Source: Callorhinchus milii | Taxonomy: Eukaryota | Direction: 5' to 3' | Assembly (NCBI RefSeq): GCF_018977255.1 | Contig: NW_024704750.1 | Coordinates: forward strand, 6,076,001-6,140,000 | Length of the DNA stretch: 64,000 nt | Shown here: positions 38,336 to 52,830 of the stretch, one piece after another | How the letters are laid out: each line of letters opens with the position of its first letter | How positions within the stretch are numbered: the first letter of the stretch is position 1 | Program-made: the position numbers and the translations under genes | The notes under the pieces: model-generated | Told to the model about the DNA's origin: nothing | The model's input: only the letters and a program-made list of their open reading frames with translations | Databases searched by the model: none

Positions 38336-39301
38336 CTATAGATTATCAAAGAGTTGGAAAAAAGAGAAAAAGGTAAGCCTGTCAAAATTTAGATTCTGTA
38401 CTAGTAGATTGATGTTGGGGGAGTGGGGGGGGCAGACAGTTTAAAGATATTTCCTTCAATAGCTTAACATGCTAAAGGAGGACATGCCTATATATTCTAA
38501 ATATTCTAATATTCATTCAATCAGTTTATAATGCTCTAACACAAAATACGCAGTATTTTTTGTATACATTGAGAGATTCAATCTCCCATGCAACTCCTCA
38601 TCCATTGTTAAAAGTAAGGCTAGCCATTTCCTGACTTGCTCCAAAACTACTAGGAAAGCTGATCACTGGAAGATCTCTAAGAGAAACCTATGACTCACCA
38701 TCTTCTCTTCCTTCCTTTTCAGGAAGCACCTTGCTCTCCACCAGCGACCCTCTACCAGTATGACAGAATCCCATCACTATGCTTTAAAATATCCAAACCA
38801 GACATAGTTCCACATAAGTTTGCCACTTGCATATGGTATTTGTGGGAGGACAGAGAAACAAAATCACAAGGAACATCAGTTTAAGGAATTTTGCCAAACC
38901 ACTCACTTCCTGCCAAAATTCAACAATAACATGCTGAACTCGTTTTTATCAATCTGTTGCAGCAACGGGAGTTTAATCTGCAAGCCAAAAACAAGGAAAA
39001 CTCTATGGGCTTTGGGACACTGATTTGAGCCCGCTCATTCCTACACTACAAATTCAATATCTCAACCAGGCTCACAGGGAAGCAAAAAGAGGGAATATAA
39101 TGTGAATTAACTTTAGCTGTTTTGAGGTATACCAAAGCAGTTTAATGCAGAATCATGAATGTGTCTGAACAGGTTGTACATCCATTCACTCAGATGGAAG
39201 AACAAAGAAAGACACATTAAAAAAAACTACTTTTTTTGCTAGAATACATGAAGCTACACTTAATACTTATTTTTTTCAAAAAAAAAAAGAAAATTTCCTA
39301 C

Positions 39302-39403
39302 CTTGGCTACCAGCATTTGTTGCTGAGCTTCTATCTGATGTTGCTGTCTGGCTGCCATTTCTTGCAGCTCTGAAAGTGTCAGCTCCACTCGAGGATTCCC
39401 ACT
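39302..39403 (-). CDS. PPP1R13B: PPP1R13B exon 5 (102 nt): [34 protein letters not shown]
   Basis: Homology; gtacag acceptor and gtagga donor. Confidence 0.96.
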
Positions 39404-40594
39404 CTGTACAGAAAAGAAAGTTGGAATTATGTGGTCAGTGGATATTTTGCAAGATTTTCCATTTTAAATCCTAAAAAGTGGCATACGATTTTATCTATAT
39501 TTCAAATGACAATAAAATCCACACTGGATTACCTAATCACCAAGTTAGAGCCAGATTTCTTGCTGACTGACTGGAGAATGATCACAACTCTCATTTCCTT
39601 CTTAAAGAGGAATGACTTACCAGTTAAATGGTTTGAGTTAAAATCAGGAACGAATCGTCACTCAATTATGAGCAGAGTGTACTGCCTTGAATCATCACTG
39701 AGTGGAATTAGTTTATCCCCCCACTCCCATTTATCCAAATAACTAAGCACTTTTAAATGGTTAGTTTATTTTAAAAAAACTCTAATGTTTACATTTGTAA
39801 GATTAAGAATCAATGTCCAATGAAACAAATCAAATTGTAATTAGTATACTCCTAATGCATTCTGAAATAACTGATGAGCGAAGACTGCTTTTCCACATCT
39901 TCACCACATCATGCGGTTCGGTTCTCAGCTCACTCTCCAATATTGCGTTGTTGAATAACTACATATATGTGTGTGTATATTATGAATACTATACAAATGC
40001 AAGTTGTTGCCGATGAAAAAATGTTGGTGGGACACAGCTGCGAGCAGTTGGCTGCTGCATTTTGCCCACAAAATGTGACACGAGTTATGTTCAGGCTTAA
40101 AGACTGAAATCTACCAAAAAAACTGCCTCTGATCCCGAAGTTGGGCTTTGTTGGGACTGATGCAGGAGGCAAAGGATAGAAAAGGCTAGAGTGAATAAGA
40201 GTGTGAGGAAGAGATGAAATGACAAACAACACCAGTCAGGATCAAAGGTCAGAACAAAGATATCCAGCAAAGCAGCAAGCCAATCTGTACCTAGTCTCAG
40301 CTCTATAGAGGAAAGCACTCTGCAACCAGCAAATACAACATAAGAGTTTGAAGGAAATGAATGTACTAAAGATGTTCTAATTCTGATGAAAATGTTAATC
40401 TTCTAAGATTCTGACTGACCTACGCTTTATTTTGAGTACTTCCGTGTTTCTTATATAATCTCGATCTATATCAGAAGCACCCATGTCTCATTCTTCAACA
40501 AGCAACCAACAGCCCAATAGATCCTGGATGGAAGCCAATCCCTAATTTCTCTTTCAAATGCTGAACCTTAATCTCAGTCGTGCTCAACCACGCC

Positions 40595-40720
40595 ATCCAG
40601 CTCTGATGCAGGGTCACAAAAGAAACAAACAAGTTTTCTCTTTCAGATATTGATTGACATGGTGTCCATTTCCAACATTTTCTGTTTTTATTTCAAGTTC
40701 CAACATTCAGTTTTTCTTTT
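40595..40720 (+). mobile_element. Degraded interspersed repeat (ctgatgcagggtca...atttccaacattttctgtttttatttc)
   Basis: Resembles an abundant chondrichthyan retroelement terminal sequence; family not firmly assigned. Confidence 0.35.
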
Positions 40721-43700
40721 CATCACTAAACTACTGGAATTGAATTCTCGCATTCAAAAATTGCAATCCAAAGATTTACCAGCATCTTGGAATTGCTCTG
40801 CCAATCAGGGACACGGAGAGAGTTGCTAACATATCATCTAATGACAATTTCTAGTATGATTTTAGACAAGACAGACAGAATGTGAAACTTGACTACCAAA
40901 CTGATTACAATGAACTTCAGAGATATTTAATTGAAAGTCAAAGATTAGACCTACAATGTCCATTATTTTAGTTTGTACTATTAATTTTTTGATATCCAAA
41001 TCATTACTGTTTTCTCTTCACCTTCCTCCCTCACCTCCCACATTCCCATGTGCACTTGATTTTATTAAAGCAACAAGCAAACAAAGTCATTTGTTGATGA
41101 CAAAAATACAGGTCAGGAGTTTTCAAACTTTCAATTCTGCATGAAACCAATCCTTTTCATCGCAATAGATTAAATCAGACAGAAATCTAGATTCTAAATG
41201 CAATATTTAGTATGTACAAAATGAAGACACTAACAAAACTCAAAAGAATAGCAAGAATTTTCAAGTATACTCCATGAAGACTTCTTCTCTCGCTCCCCCC
41301 CTCCCCCACCCATTGGTGTACTGCAACACAATCAGAGGGTATAAGCCGTTTAAATGTTCAACTGCACGCAATCACTGGGTAAAGAACAGGTCAGTCTTTA
41401 CACAACAACTTCATTATAACTTGAATAAATGGTTATTCGTTTCAGAACTCTGGCACAGGCTAAGCAACATAAACATTTTTTCTGAAACCCCACACACTGA
41501 TTCTCTTCCAACAATAAACTAGATATTATACATTTTACCCTTCTCCAGTTTAAACAGTCCAGGTAAAAGTAATTTGATGATTTAAACATGCACACTTTCT
41601 ACAAGAGATTTCACATACATATACTGTGAATTTGTAACAATGATTATGAAAGAATCAGATTTGTAAAGAGCTTTAAAAATGTTTCCTATTCATAAACAGG
41701 AAGAGCAGAAGGGTCTAATATAAGTTAATTATTTTAATCCACAAATGCTTCAAAAGATACATTTGGATTGTGGTTGTGTGTGTTTTAACACTAACAATCT
41801 CATGACTGCACCATATTTTATTATTTTTGATTTAAATTATTTTGCTTATATAATTATACAATTACTATTTGTTTTTAAACTGAATTTTTTTTAAGCAAGA
41901 CGTACTTCACTCATTCACTCCAAACTAAACACTACCGTATTTTTCCTCACATTCTTTCTGTTTAGATAACAGAACCATCTAAAAGAAAACATTTGTCCTT
42001 TGGTCATTCTCTTCATGACATACATTTTCTCTTTGCTTTGAGGAAAACAAATGAGAACTAATTGCCTGCCACGGCACACAGTTGTTTTGAAATTACAGAG
42101 AAAGACAAAGATATAATCAAAAGAGTTCTCAAAATACTAGTGATCACTTTTAAATAACATACCAGGTTGCAATATTAACATTTTATAAAGGCTATCCCAA
42201 ATTTACCTAACTGTTGTTCAAAGGGCTTAAAGGGTCTAAAGTGAATAATATTAAGAGTGGAATCCTGAGGAACTATTTACACATAATTACTGCCAGCACT
42301 GATAATGCTGCCAGTACACAATGTTCTGGTATGCATTGCCAATGAGGTCATTTGACAGCCAACTGTTCGCATTCTAGAGTAGAAGATAAAGCCATTGGAA
42401 TTTTTACTTCTACTGGTTGTTCAGTCACAAAAATATAACTCAGTGATAGTAATAAAAGTTTGTAAAGCCAAGTAATATCAAACTTCAAACCAATTTTGAA
42501 CCAAATAAACAACCAATGATAAAGTACAATTAATAAGTAACTGTATTCCTAATAAGTAACATTTTTGCAGAAGCAAATAAAACAAAAATGCCAAGGACAT
42601 TTGACTAAATGGTTTACTTATAGTACTCTAGTGTTAATACCACCGAGATTCATCTACAGTAAACACAATCCTTTAACAAATTATTTTGCTCCTGATAGCT
42701 ATACGATATAATAATTGAGTTCAACGCAATGCATCAGAAAAGCAAACACACTAGTTTCAAAGCAATTTAAATGAATTACTTGAATAAACCCAATTTTTTT
42801 TTGTACATACTAAAATAAGGATCCAAATAATAGAATACACCTAATCTGTCACAGGAGCAGAAATGAATGTAGTGCTAACTAAAATAATGGACGTTATAGG
42901 TCTAATCTATGACATTCAATTAAAATGAGCAGAAATCAAACTAAAACTATTTTTTGACTAAGACAATGCACACATTGCATATAAAAGACACTTTCGGTGT
43001 AAGAGTCAAACATTTTGCATTTGATTATATATGATTACGTATAGTATTAAAGTATACTGAAAACCTGCACATGTGCCATGTCTTTCTCATATTGTATTAT
43101 TATTATAGTACCTTCAGCAGGAAGGTAATACACAGCACTGCAGTATAAACTGCAAACGTTTTGAATCAATTCAGCCTTTATTCAATGTTTTTTTCTTGGG
43201 GCAGTGCATTAAGACTGCTGAAGACCATTTTAAATGTGTTATTAAAGAACTCATTGCACTGTAACATTAAAATAACTGGTGTTAGGTGCTGGTTAGCTGC
43301 GCTGTGCAGACTGCAAGTGAGTTTGGCCCCCAACCAAAGCCAATGTGATTCTTGAGCAAGAACTATAAAATCACATCCCATTGCTAGAACTGTTTTACTT
43401 TTTGAAGCGATAAATTGCTTCCAGTATTCTAAACTTGCATTAAACATCAATTATATCCCACTTATAACTATATATCATTTCAACAATGGAGCTAGGACAT
43501 AGGAAACTGGTTAAAGGTTATTGTTACAGTTGTAAAACAAAGAATACTGACTGCATAATCCATCGCCAACCCATGCACTGATCATTTTACCAGCAGGCAA
43601 CAATAAACCTAGTGGTTTGCACCAGCAGTCCCAAATTTGACCATCAGCTCTTGAAATTTTCTAAACCATTCACTTGATTGCAGACCAGGGCTCAAAACCA

Positions 43701-45508
43701 TAATTGCAATAAAATCAGAAGCAGCTCGTAAATTCCTCCGAACAGCATGTTTATGAGAAATGACACTTCACTCAAGAATGTAGAAGGTTGCTGACTAAAT
43801 GAAGCTGTCAGACATTTTGGGAAAAGAATCAAACATACACGCCAAAGCACAAATTATCTATTTGCAGGCTTCACTCATCCTTGATCATTTATTTTACAGC
43901 AAAAAAAAGTCCTCGACAAATTATAACATTGGGATCTGTTGTAAGTATTATATGTTGATAATCAACATTAAAAATGTATTTGGTTAAAAAAAGCTTGTCA
44001 GATTTCTACCAGCCACAGATTTTACATCATTGTATGAAAATTGCCATCAAAAATTCAAGCTACAAACTATTTGTTTGGCCACACTCATATAACACACAAT
44101 TCTTAAAAAACTTTAGATTCCTGAAATTATGCCTGTGGAAATTCTTTCACCCACCAACATCATCAGTAATGCTTGCACAATTACCCAGGTAATGCGTTTC
44201 ACCGATGTCAAAATTGAAAGCAAGATGTATTTCTAGCGCCCTGCGATGTGCTCCTGACGTGAAAGATGCTATATAAAAGCAATTTGTTGTTGTACAGAAG
44301 AGGATTTTATCCTTAACTAAAATAATTGAAAACTGAGAAATGGAGGAGGAAGTGGAGGGGTTACACTTTTATCAAAGAAAATGACAGACTTGAAATAGTA
44401 TTCTTTCTTATTCAATTACAAACATCTTACTCAGCCTACTTTACCTGTTCAGACATATTAATCTAAAAACAGAAACTACTGAAGCAAAAGTATAATAATA
44501 ATAATATATAATCCAAGAAATAGAGGTACTGCAAAACCGTCTGAACTGCTAATTCCCCCAATACCATTTTAACGACCGATTCTCTCCTCTCCCAAGATTT
44601 TTGGGATGTTTCCCCTAAAAGGATGCAGACTCACCAAGGTCACCAAGGCTGTTATTCATGTACAAGGCTCGATAGAGAATGGTGGCAGGCTTTTCAAACC
44701 TTGAGGTGCTGGTAGAACCAACTGCAATCTGCCAATAGCTAGCATGCACACCAAATATACTGGGAATGCAGTTGAATAATTCGCAATCTGTATGGCTCAG
44801 CTGCTCATGTAATAAACGTACCGAAACATTGGGAAAGCTACTCTCACCGTACAGTCATTGAAGCTAGTTATTTTTAATACGTATTAAATGACAAAAATAT
44901 GATGGGCGTAGCAAACAATGACACTTGTTTAACATGCTTTGCTGTTTCCTCGAAGCAGCCTCCTTCTGAATCAGACAAATAGCTACACGTCTCCCTCTCT
45001 ATAACTTATTAATTTATTCAGGTCTCTGCACTTGAGTGGGGAAGGGAAAATGACCCTGAATTGACTATATAGGAGTCAGTTTTAATTTGCACTAGATTTT
45101 TACATGATAAACTGCTGTACTTATGTTTGGTACTGCACTCAGTGGCCTAAGATGCATTCCTACAGTTTTAATTTTTCAATGGCTGCAAAAGTGATTGGTT
45201 TTCAGCCACCAAAGAGGATCGTTTCCATCTTCCAACTAAATGGTAGGATCTTGAAGTAAATAATAAAAACGATCTTTGGCACGGTGGCTTAAACCGTTAT
45301 AATAAAATGCTTAAATCAGTTTTAAATCCCTAACACACAACCTATTAAAATAAACAAGTTATATTTTGTAAAAGAGCCTAGAAGTGGATAAATGCTTTCA
45401 AATGGGGATTTCGCACTTTACAAATTATGAATAATTGTGAGAGTAAATCAAACCAATTAAGTAAACAGTTCTGAAATGCAGTCAATACATTACTTTCCTG
45501 AAATTGCA

Positions 45509-45760
45509 GCTTATGCTCAAGTAGCCATGAACATTCACAATGTGTTTGAGCTTCTTGGAATGTCCTACTTTAATGGTGAGTCATTTTGCTCTTCCCAGTG
45601 CACAAACTGAAAATTGCAAAACTGACACTCTCTCGCTGTAGTTTCAGTTTTGCAATTTACAGTTTGCACACAGGGATGAACAAAATGATTCACCATTAAA
45701 CTAGGACATTCCAAGAAGCTCGAACACATTGTGAATGTTCATGGCCGCTTGAGCAACAGC
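45509..45760. repeat. Long inverted repeat / foldback element (121-bp arms, 10-nt loop)
   Basis: 45509-45629 aligns without gaps to the reverse complement of 45640-45760, ~14 mismatches by hand count. Confidence 0.95.
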
Positions 45761-48700
45761 CTCCTATTACTGCACACAGCAGGAAACAATTTCTGTTTGG
45801 ATGACAAGATGCACAAAGCAAACATTAGCCAAGAACAATTATAAATTTTCCCCATTCACACAAAAGGTGTACACCCCATCAGCAACATTTAAATAATAGT
45901 AACATCAAACTTATCACAAATTTACTTTACAATTCTGCTACCTGTATGGCATTTTGCCAAGTGATCTTATACGAGTACACCTGAACCTGTCCTTCCATTG
46001 TAAACTCCTCCACAGTTTCAATGTGATTCCACTCCATATTGGTGCTGTCGTCCCTCTCCTTTACAGTGTTACTTTCTGATGGCAATCAGGAAATCCAATG
46101 TAGGCACATTTGACATTGAATAATGACATCAGTTCATTGCAAGCACGTAGCCATGCAGGCTGAATTGAGTAGGCAGTTACAATCAATGACAGTTGCCATA
46201 TGGATTCTTTCCTATTTACACTAAATGGACTTTGTTTTCTTTCTTCCATCCTGTATCAGTATGAAAAAACATCCTCAGCATTCACTGAATGGAAAGGGCA
46301 GTGGATTTTGCCTACAGTCAAAGACCTAATCAAGGGAAGATCAACCCAGCTGTCAGAACTAATCAACTTGACAAGTTACATTTTCACTTTCCATGGAAAA
46401 TATGTTAACTATTCATGGAGCTTATTCCAAATGAACAATATCTTCATTGCATTGGAAGGAAAGGCATTTAAACCAATCACACTGCATAATACTGGCTTAT
46501 TGACCATAAAAATAATCATAATATAGATTTAGGTTTTATTTCCTCCCTCTCTCTGTATTTTCCCTTCCTTGAGAAGAGAGTATCAGTCATCTGCAACATG
46601 TAGTGCTCTTGAGCCTCTTGATTGGAGGTCTACAACATTATCCTAGCAATTGTATGTTGATTTACGTACTGATTTATTTTCTCATGATATGGAATTATGA
46701 AAATTCTGCTTAAAACTAAAACAACAAATTACGTTTGTATAGCACCTTTCACGTCAGGAGGATGTCCTAACAGCTGAACCTCAGAACGAACTGCCATAAG
46801 CACAAAATCTACCAATCTTACTGCTCTTGTGAGTCGCAGGCAACATACACTCTTGAAATTATCTTTGTGAAAGTAGTTACTTTAATAACTACAGAAACAA
46901 TGTAAAAACAACTCAATCATGAATAGCGTAAGACGGAATCTAGGACAGTTTTGCTGTAAAACAATGTACACAATGTAAAATATGGGTATTCAATTTGTCA
47001 GTTTACCAACATGTCACGCTAAAGTACGTTTCAGGTAAGATATTAAGTAGAACTGCAGTATCACATTTGCAGATCTTATAAACTGTAAATTACTAATTTT
47101 GCTTCCTGAACACAAGATACACACAGCTAAAAATTGGTTAGGGGACTGTTTCTAAACTTGCTCACCAAAAATCCAGCTACTTTGAGTTTGAAAGTACAAA
47201 CTCATTCACCATTAAGACACATAAATGTTTCTATTTTAATAACACCTTGAGACAAAGAAAATATTTCTCTGCATCAAGATAGTTAAATAGCATTAAGTCA
47301 CATATATGCTCCTATTTGATGGAATCAATTTGCAATGCATCAGAACATTTAATGACAGAATAGTGCCACGCAGGGAGATAAACTGTGAGCAGCGATGCTT
47401 ATAATAGTAGGAGCATCTGGAATTCCTTAATTATATTACAGACTATGAAATAAACATTTTAAAACATCTACAAACATGGATTTAGATAGCACTCTTCAAA
47501 CAGGATAACATCTTGGGAGGACTGTTGGTATGCCAAATAAGGGAGAAGGGGAGAGGGAGGTGACCATAGGTATGGCCAAAGAGGTAGGTTTTAAGGTGGG
47601 ATTGAAAGATAGAGGGGGCGAGGCAGAGGTAATGAGTCAGGGAGTTCTAGCACAACATATAAATGTAAGAGTTAATATTTTGTTTCATGAAATGTGTATT
47701 ATATCAATTTTAGGGACAAGAAGGCTGTTCAAAGGCTTCTTTGCAACTAATTCTGCTTGAAGTGATTCTAAATTGCTTTGGACCTGACATTTCCCTATGT
47801 ATAAGGCTATTTTAAATTTGGAATGACTTTAAACAGATTCTCATAGAAAGGAGCTAACACACACTTTGCTGTAGTCAATAAAAACAAATTGATATTATGC
47901 GCAGTCCGCATTGAGAATAGAAGTTTTCACTTTTGTAAAGCAAGTGTGCTGAATTTACAATTTAGTTTCTAAAACTAGTTTTCTGCTCTGAAAACAAGAG
48001 CCTCCTCAAACATTTATCTTAGTTCTCCCCTTTCTCATCTTTATATATCCTCTCCAATAGGTGGGTGGAAAGAAGAGAAAGAAGTGTCAGTAATTACTAA
48101 TATATATTATTATACTACACTAATATCCAGATGACTGTTGGTCTTGCCTGACAGTTCAGCAACTTGCCAAAATCACTGGTTTTAGTTATCCCCCTGAATA
48201 TTTTACACCAACAGACTGCTGAAATCTTGTTATTGACAAACACTCAAATTATTAGTGCAGAAGTCAACAATACTTTAAAAATATATATTTGCAAGTGCAT
48301 GACTAAAACAGATTCTACCTGCTGTTCAATGGATATGTTCCAGACTAGAATAAGTAAAATTGTGTTACCTGTCCCAATGGAGGACCCTTTTGATCATTAT
48401 CCTGGGTAAGCATCATGGATCAGTTATGGAATTTAGAGATCATTTTTTCCCCATTCTCCCCCACTACCCCCAAAAAACACAGAACACCATATTGTACAAG
48501 CAGGTCAATTCCAAAGAGACTGTTTTTCATCAATCGTATAATCCTCCCTCATGCATTCAAAAGGTCTCCCACTTTACCACAGCAATCCAATCAGATTGTG
48601 TAATAGCAAAGTGAGAGGTGAAACGAAAGAGCATTAAATTAACATTAAACTCAAGAATGTCTGAAACTTCCAAAGAATTTGAATGAATAAATGAAATTTA

Positions 48701-50092
48701 ATCAAGCTCACCTCAATCCTATGTGCAGTAACAGCTACCACAGAACAAAACACTTCTTTGCAAAACAGTACCTAGTAATGTGCCATAGCAGAGAATTTTC
48801 CAATTTACTGACTTGATCTGTAAATCATATTACTCAAGGACATTTTTACCACTTTGTAATCTTCTAATCCTACAAATACCATCATATGAGACATGAAAAT
48901 GAAAAGTTGAGCACAACTGCATTTCAAAGCACACAATTGGAACACTGGCTTAAAATGTAATCGCCGTTCCATTCAGTCCATTAACCTAATGCCTCCACTC
49001 TGTTTTTTTTCCCTGAAATGTAGTAGCACACAACTGGAAACTGCGATGCAGACCAGTCTCTCCTTATCCTTCCTCACTCCTCTCCCCAACAGCATATTCT
49101 TACATTTTTGGAAAGGTAAAGAAAAATAGAATGTTCTAAAGATCAAATCAACCACAGTAGAGCTCAGTTATAGCACCATAGCTGGGGTCCATAAAATCCA
49201 AACCAGTTTTATAACAGAGCATCGTTTCAACTCTGCACAGCCACATTGTGATGTTATCAATCATATGACTAGCAATGCATCTGTGCATACCAACAGAAAA
49301 CCAGCTGGGGTTCTTATACTTAAAAATATATCCGACTACCAAGTAATCAGGCTACCCCTGATATGACTTCCTGCGTGACGTGCATTGCGCTGAAAGCATC
49401 ATTGGAAACCTGATAAGCCACTTCGCTTTTCTAGAAATGCTTTTCCCTGCTCTCTCAAATAAATTTTACAGCACATTATCAGCATTCCTCTTTATCCATC
49501 CCTCAATTTCTCTATATTGGCACAGATTAAAGCAACAGAAGGCCACAATTTGCCTCCCTTTCAGCACCCCTCCCCCCGAGATTCAGCTATGCACTAAATT
49601 CAATCCTTTTTTGTACTACAACTAAACTTCAGGCTGCTATCTTGTCTAAGAGTGGCAAGTGACTGAATTGCAAGGTTTTTTTTTGATCTTACAGTACCAG
49701 ATGTCTATGTTGAAAGATCAAAAGAACCCGAGTAAGCCTGTAGCCAGATTATAATCACGATAGCTACTGAATATGCTATGTTAGGATTAGGGCAAAAAGA
49801 AATAGGGAAAATCACTGTTAAAAATATATCAGTTGAAGAGTCATGTAAATATAGACTATAGATTTGACTAATGTGGACAGGGTTTGGACACAACTGATAA
49901 GGGTATTCATTTGGCAAAACTATATTTTCCTCGATTAACATGGTTAATCCAATTTAATAAACAACAACATGCTTCCTTCAAATAGCATCTCAGAATGCTT
50001 ACTATCTCTAGAATATTGAATAAAATAGTTCAATTAGCAGACCACTACATCATATTTCCAAAAATTGTAAGGCAAAAATAAACAGTTGCTGG

Positions 50093-50140
50093 TTCATTCA
50101 AGCGTCCATAAATCCTAGGATTTATGGAAGCTTGAATGAA
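50093..50140. repeat. 48-bp spacerless palindrome with one mismatch
   Basis: ttcattcaagcgtccataaatcct|aggatttatggaagcttgaatgaa. Confidence 0.95.
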
Positions 50141-50363
50141 TCCATAAATTTTTCAGAAACTTCAACTCTCTAGAACAACAAAATTACATTTGTACAGCAC
50201 TTTTCATGTCGGGAGGGCATCCCAAGGCACTGGACCCTCAATTCAGAAGGTAAACACACATGTGTAGTAACCTAAAAATAAGTTGAACCAAACTCTTTGT
50301 ATACCACTTTTTGTTCCTAAGATCATGAATTGTAAGAAATCAGGAGTAATTTGAATTACCTAC

Positions 50364-50440
50364 CCCATTTTCAAAACGTCTATCTGTTGACAGATTTACT
50401 CCATTCCACCTATTTGGCTGATCTTGAAGTTGACGGCCAC
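50364..50440 (-). CDS. PPP1R13B: PPP1R13B exon 4 (77 nt): SGRQLQDQPNRWNGVNLSTDRRFENG
   Basis: tgtcag acceptor, gtaggt donor; phase 1->0; GRQ...R.ENG as in ASPP1. Confidence 0.92.
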
Positions 50441-52108
50441 CTGACAAAAGCATAAAAATAACCCTTAAAACAATCATTCAATTGAAACAAAGACTGGCCA
50501 TTCGATTGAATAATTCAAAGCCACCTTTTATACCAAGGCAGTGCTACCCACTTATCTCAAACCGTTTACACCCAGAATATGTTGCCAAAAATTTGAAGTC
50601 TCAGGTCCTTCCCCAAACATGAACACGTTAAACTTACCGTATATGTCGACGGAAAATTCCTGAATGCTTATATCAACAAATTTTTCAAGACCCTAACAAC
50701 ATTAAATTAATTATGGTCTTACCATTTATGTCTTAACCCTTGCCTCTCCATGCTTAAGTCAACAAAATCTGCACAGTCCCCGCGATCAACATAAAGGGGT
50801 AAGACGTAAAATGTTAGTCCATTTCAGCAGTTTTAGGGACTGCTGAGTAATGTGGAAACTGTTTTTGTCTGCGAATATAAAGTCTCGAGGATTGATAATC
50901 AGAATCACTTAGGCGTCATCATATTGCCAGATGTTACTGTTTATGACATGTGGCTTTAGTAGTTTTGTCAGAGCCAAATTAAGACCAGCTGAACTCCTCA
51001 CAATTTAAAAAAAATCCAACATGACTAATAGTCTGCACCTTAATGCAAGATTTGAAAAACTGAATTTAATGTCTGTATAGGTTGCCATGAATAACACAAA
51101 AGGATTAATCCAAATATTAAATTAAAGTTCAAACAACTCTAGAATTAAATTCAAGTCATAGGAATGATGAGTAGGAGGAGGTCATTGTTGTGAAGAGATG
51201 AAGAAAGATTTTTGAAAAAGTTCAGAAAATGAACGAGTTTAGATAGAGCAATTTGTGAGAAAATTAGAAAGTTTATGCACATAACTTTGGTGAAAGACCA
51301 TAGATGGTAATTCATTTTGAAATGCACAATGCAGCAACAATGACAGTGATTCAAAGTGCTCCAAGAGGAAGGAGCTTTAAGAGCTGTACAAATTAGGCAA
51401 GATTATCAACACAGTAGCCAGCCACAATGCTGTGGACTGTACTGAAGGACTCAGATAAAGCCAAAGCTTTCAAGGTGATGAATAACTTGTGAATGTACAT
51501 CACACTAAAAACCTAATATGCGCCATACATTTTGAGAAGTTTGTTCATGTGGGCAGATGTTAAGAAATTGTTTTAATTGCATTTGTTACATTCATAATCA
51601 AACATATAATACATTGATTCAGTGAGATGGGAAATTTCCTCTCAATACCCAAAACAAATAAAAGATGGTCAATTTAATATCGTCAACTACCTACAGCAAG
51701 TCAGAAACAATGTAAATGATGATCCTTTCTAAGCCAGATCAAAGATGTTGTTTGAATTTAACAATAAGCTACGAACAGTAATGCAATTTCTTTTTGCAAT
51801 AGACTCCTAGGCAAATTCACAAAGATCATTACAATACAGTTTGGCGGATCTCTGGAGTTGATAAAATTCTCAAGGGAATTCGTAACAGGACAACATCTGT
51901 CCCTCCCACTCATCTGTTCATTGCGATAGAAGCCCTGAAGCTGAAAAGTATATCCAGCCCTTTATCAGAGAGAGAAAAAAAACGACCAGCTGATCTGTCC
52001 TTTGAAGTTGTAAACTAGTCCACGAAAATTAAATGGTCCATCTCCTATTGGCCACCTTATGCTTATTGCTCTTTGCAAAGTTTCAAATTGGTCAATGGTT
52101 TTACTTAC

Positions 52109-52228
52109 TTTGTTCATTAGCATCAATAGGTGAATCTTCATGACGGAGGAAGAATTTCACTTCTTCCCTGCGAGGCCCCCACTTTTGCAGATGTTCATAC
52201 ATCATGTGGTCATAAGGAATGGCACGCT
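52109..52228 (-). CDS. PPP1R13B: PPP1R13B exon 3 (120 nt): [34 protein letters not shown]
   Basis: Ubiquitin-like / Ras-association domain; gacag acceptor and gtaagt donor. Confidence 0.97.
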
Positions 52229-52539
52229 CTGTCAAACAAACAGAATGTTACCCTAAGGAACATGATAATACTCATTTGTATCTAACAGTAACAGTGTTCA
52301 GAGTAAACAATATTTCATTGTAAAAATCTCTGCAGGCTGGCTTTGGAAATAATTTGTATTCGTTGAATTCCATACTGAATTTTGGATGGCAGATGACAGA
52401 CAGCAAATTAAAACAGGAATTTAACTCAAGTGGTTATGTTAACTCAGAGGTGGAAATAAACATAAGTGAAGTGTTGCAATTTATTTGTTGCCGAGTTATA
52501 CAAGTTAGCTTTTAGAACAAACTTTAGAACACTCTAAAT

Positions 52540-52830
52540 GTTCTCCACCTGGGGTAATGTGTAAATTCTAGTACTGTATAATAGGGACAAGATATCTTTG
52601 CATTGGAGATGTACAAAAAGTGGCAAATCAATTAACTTGGCTAGAATTGGCATCAGGAGTTAAAGAAACAATACAAAAGCTGAGAATGGTCACTCAGAAA
52701 GAGAAATTTTGTTGAAGTGTACAAGATCCTAATTGATATTGATAAATCGAACCTTAATCTTTTGAACCACTACAAATTCTATGATGGGGAAAGAATTCAA
52801 GCACAAAATCTCCATTACTTTACCTTTCCA
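52540..52830 (+). mobile_element. Degraded CR1-type LINE ORF2 C-terminal fragment
   Basis: tctccacctgggg...ttggagatgtacaaaaa...gttgaagtgtacaagatcctaa resembles the CR1 P.LEY..LE.VQ..IEVYKI coding region. Confidence 0.45.

Noticed and set aside
49362-49392. ETS plus CRE-like motif cluster (gacttcctgcgtgacgtgc) as an intronic enhancer
   Set aside because: Short motifs like these arise by chance in 64 kb, and there is no independent support.
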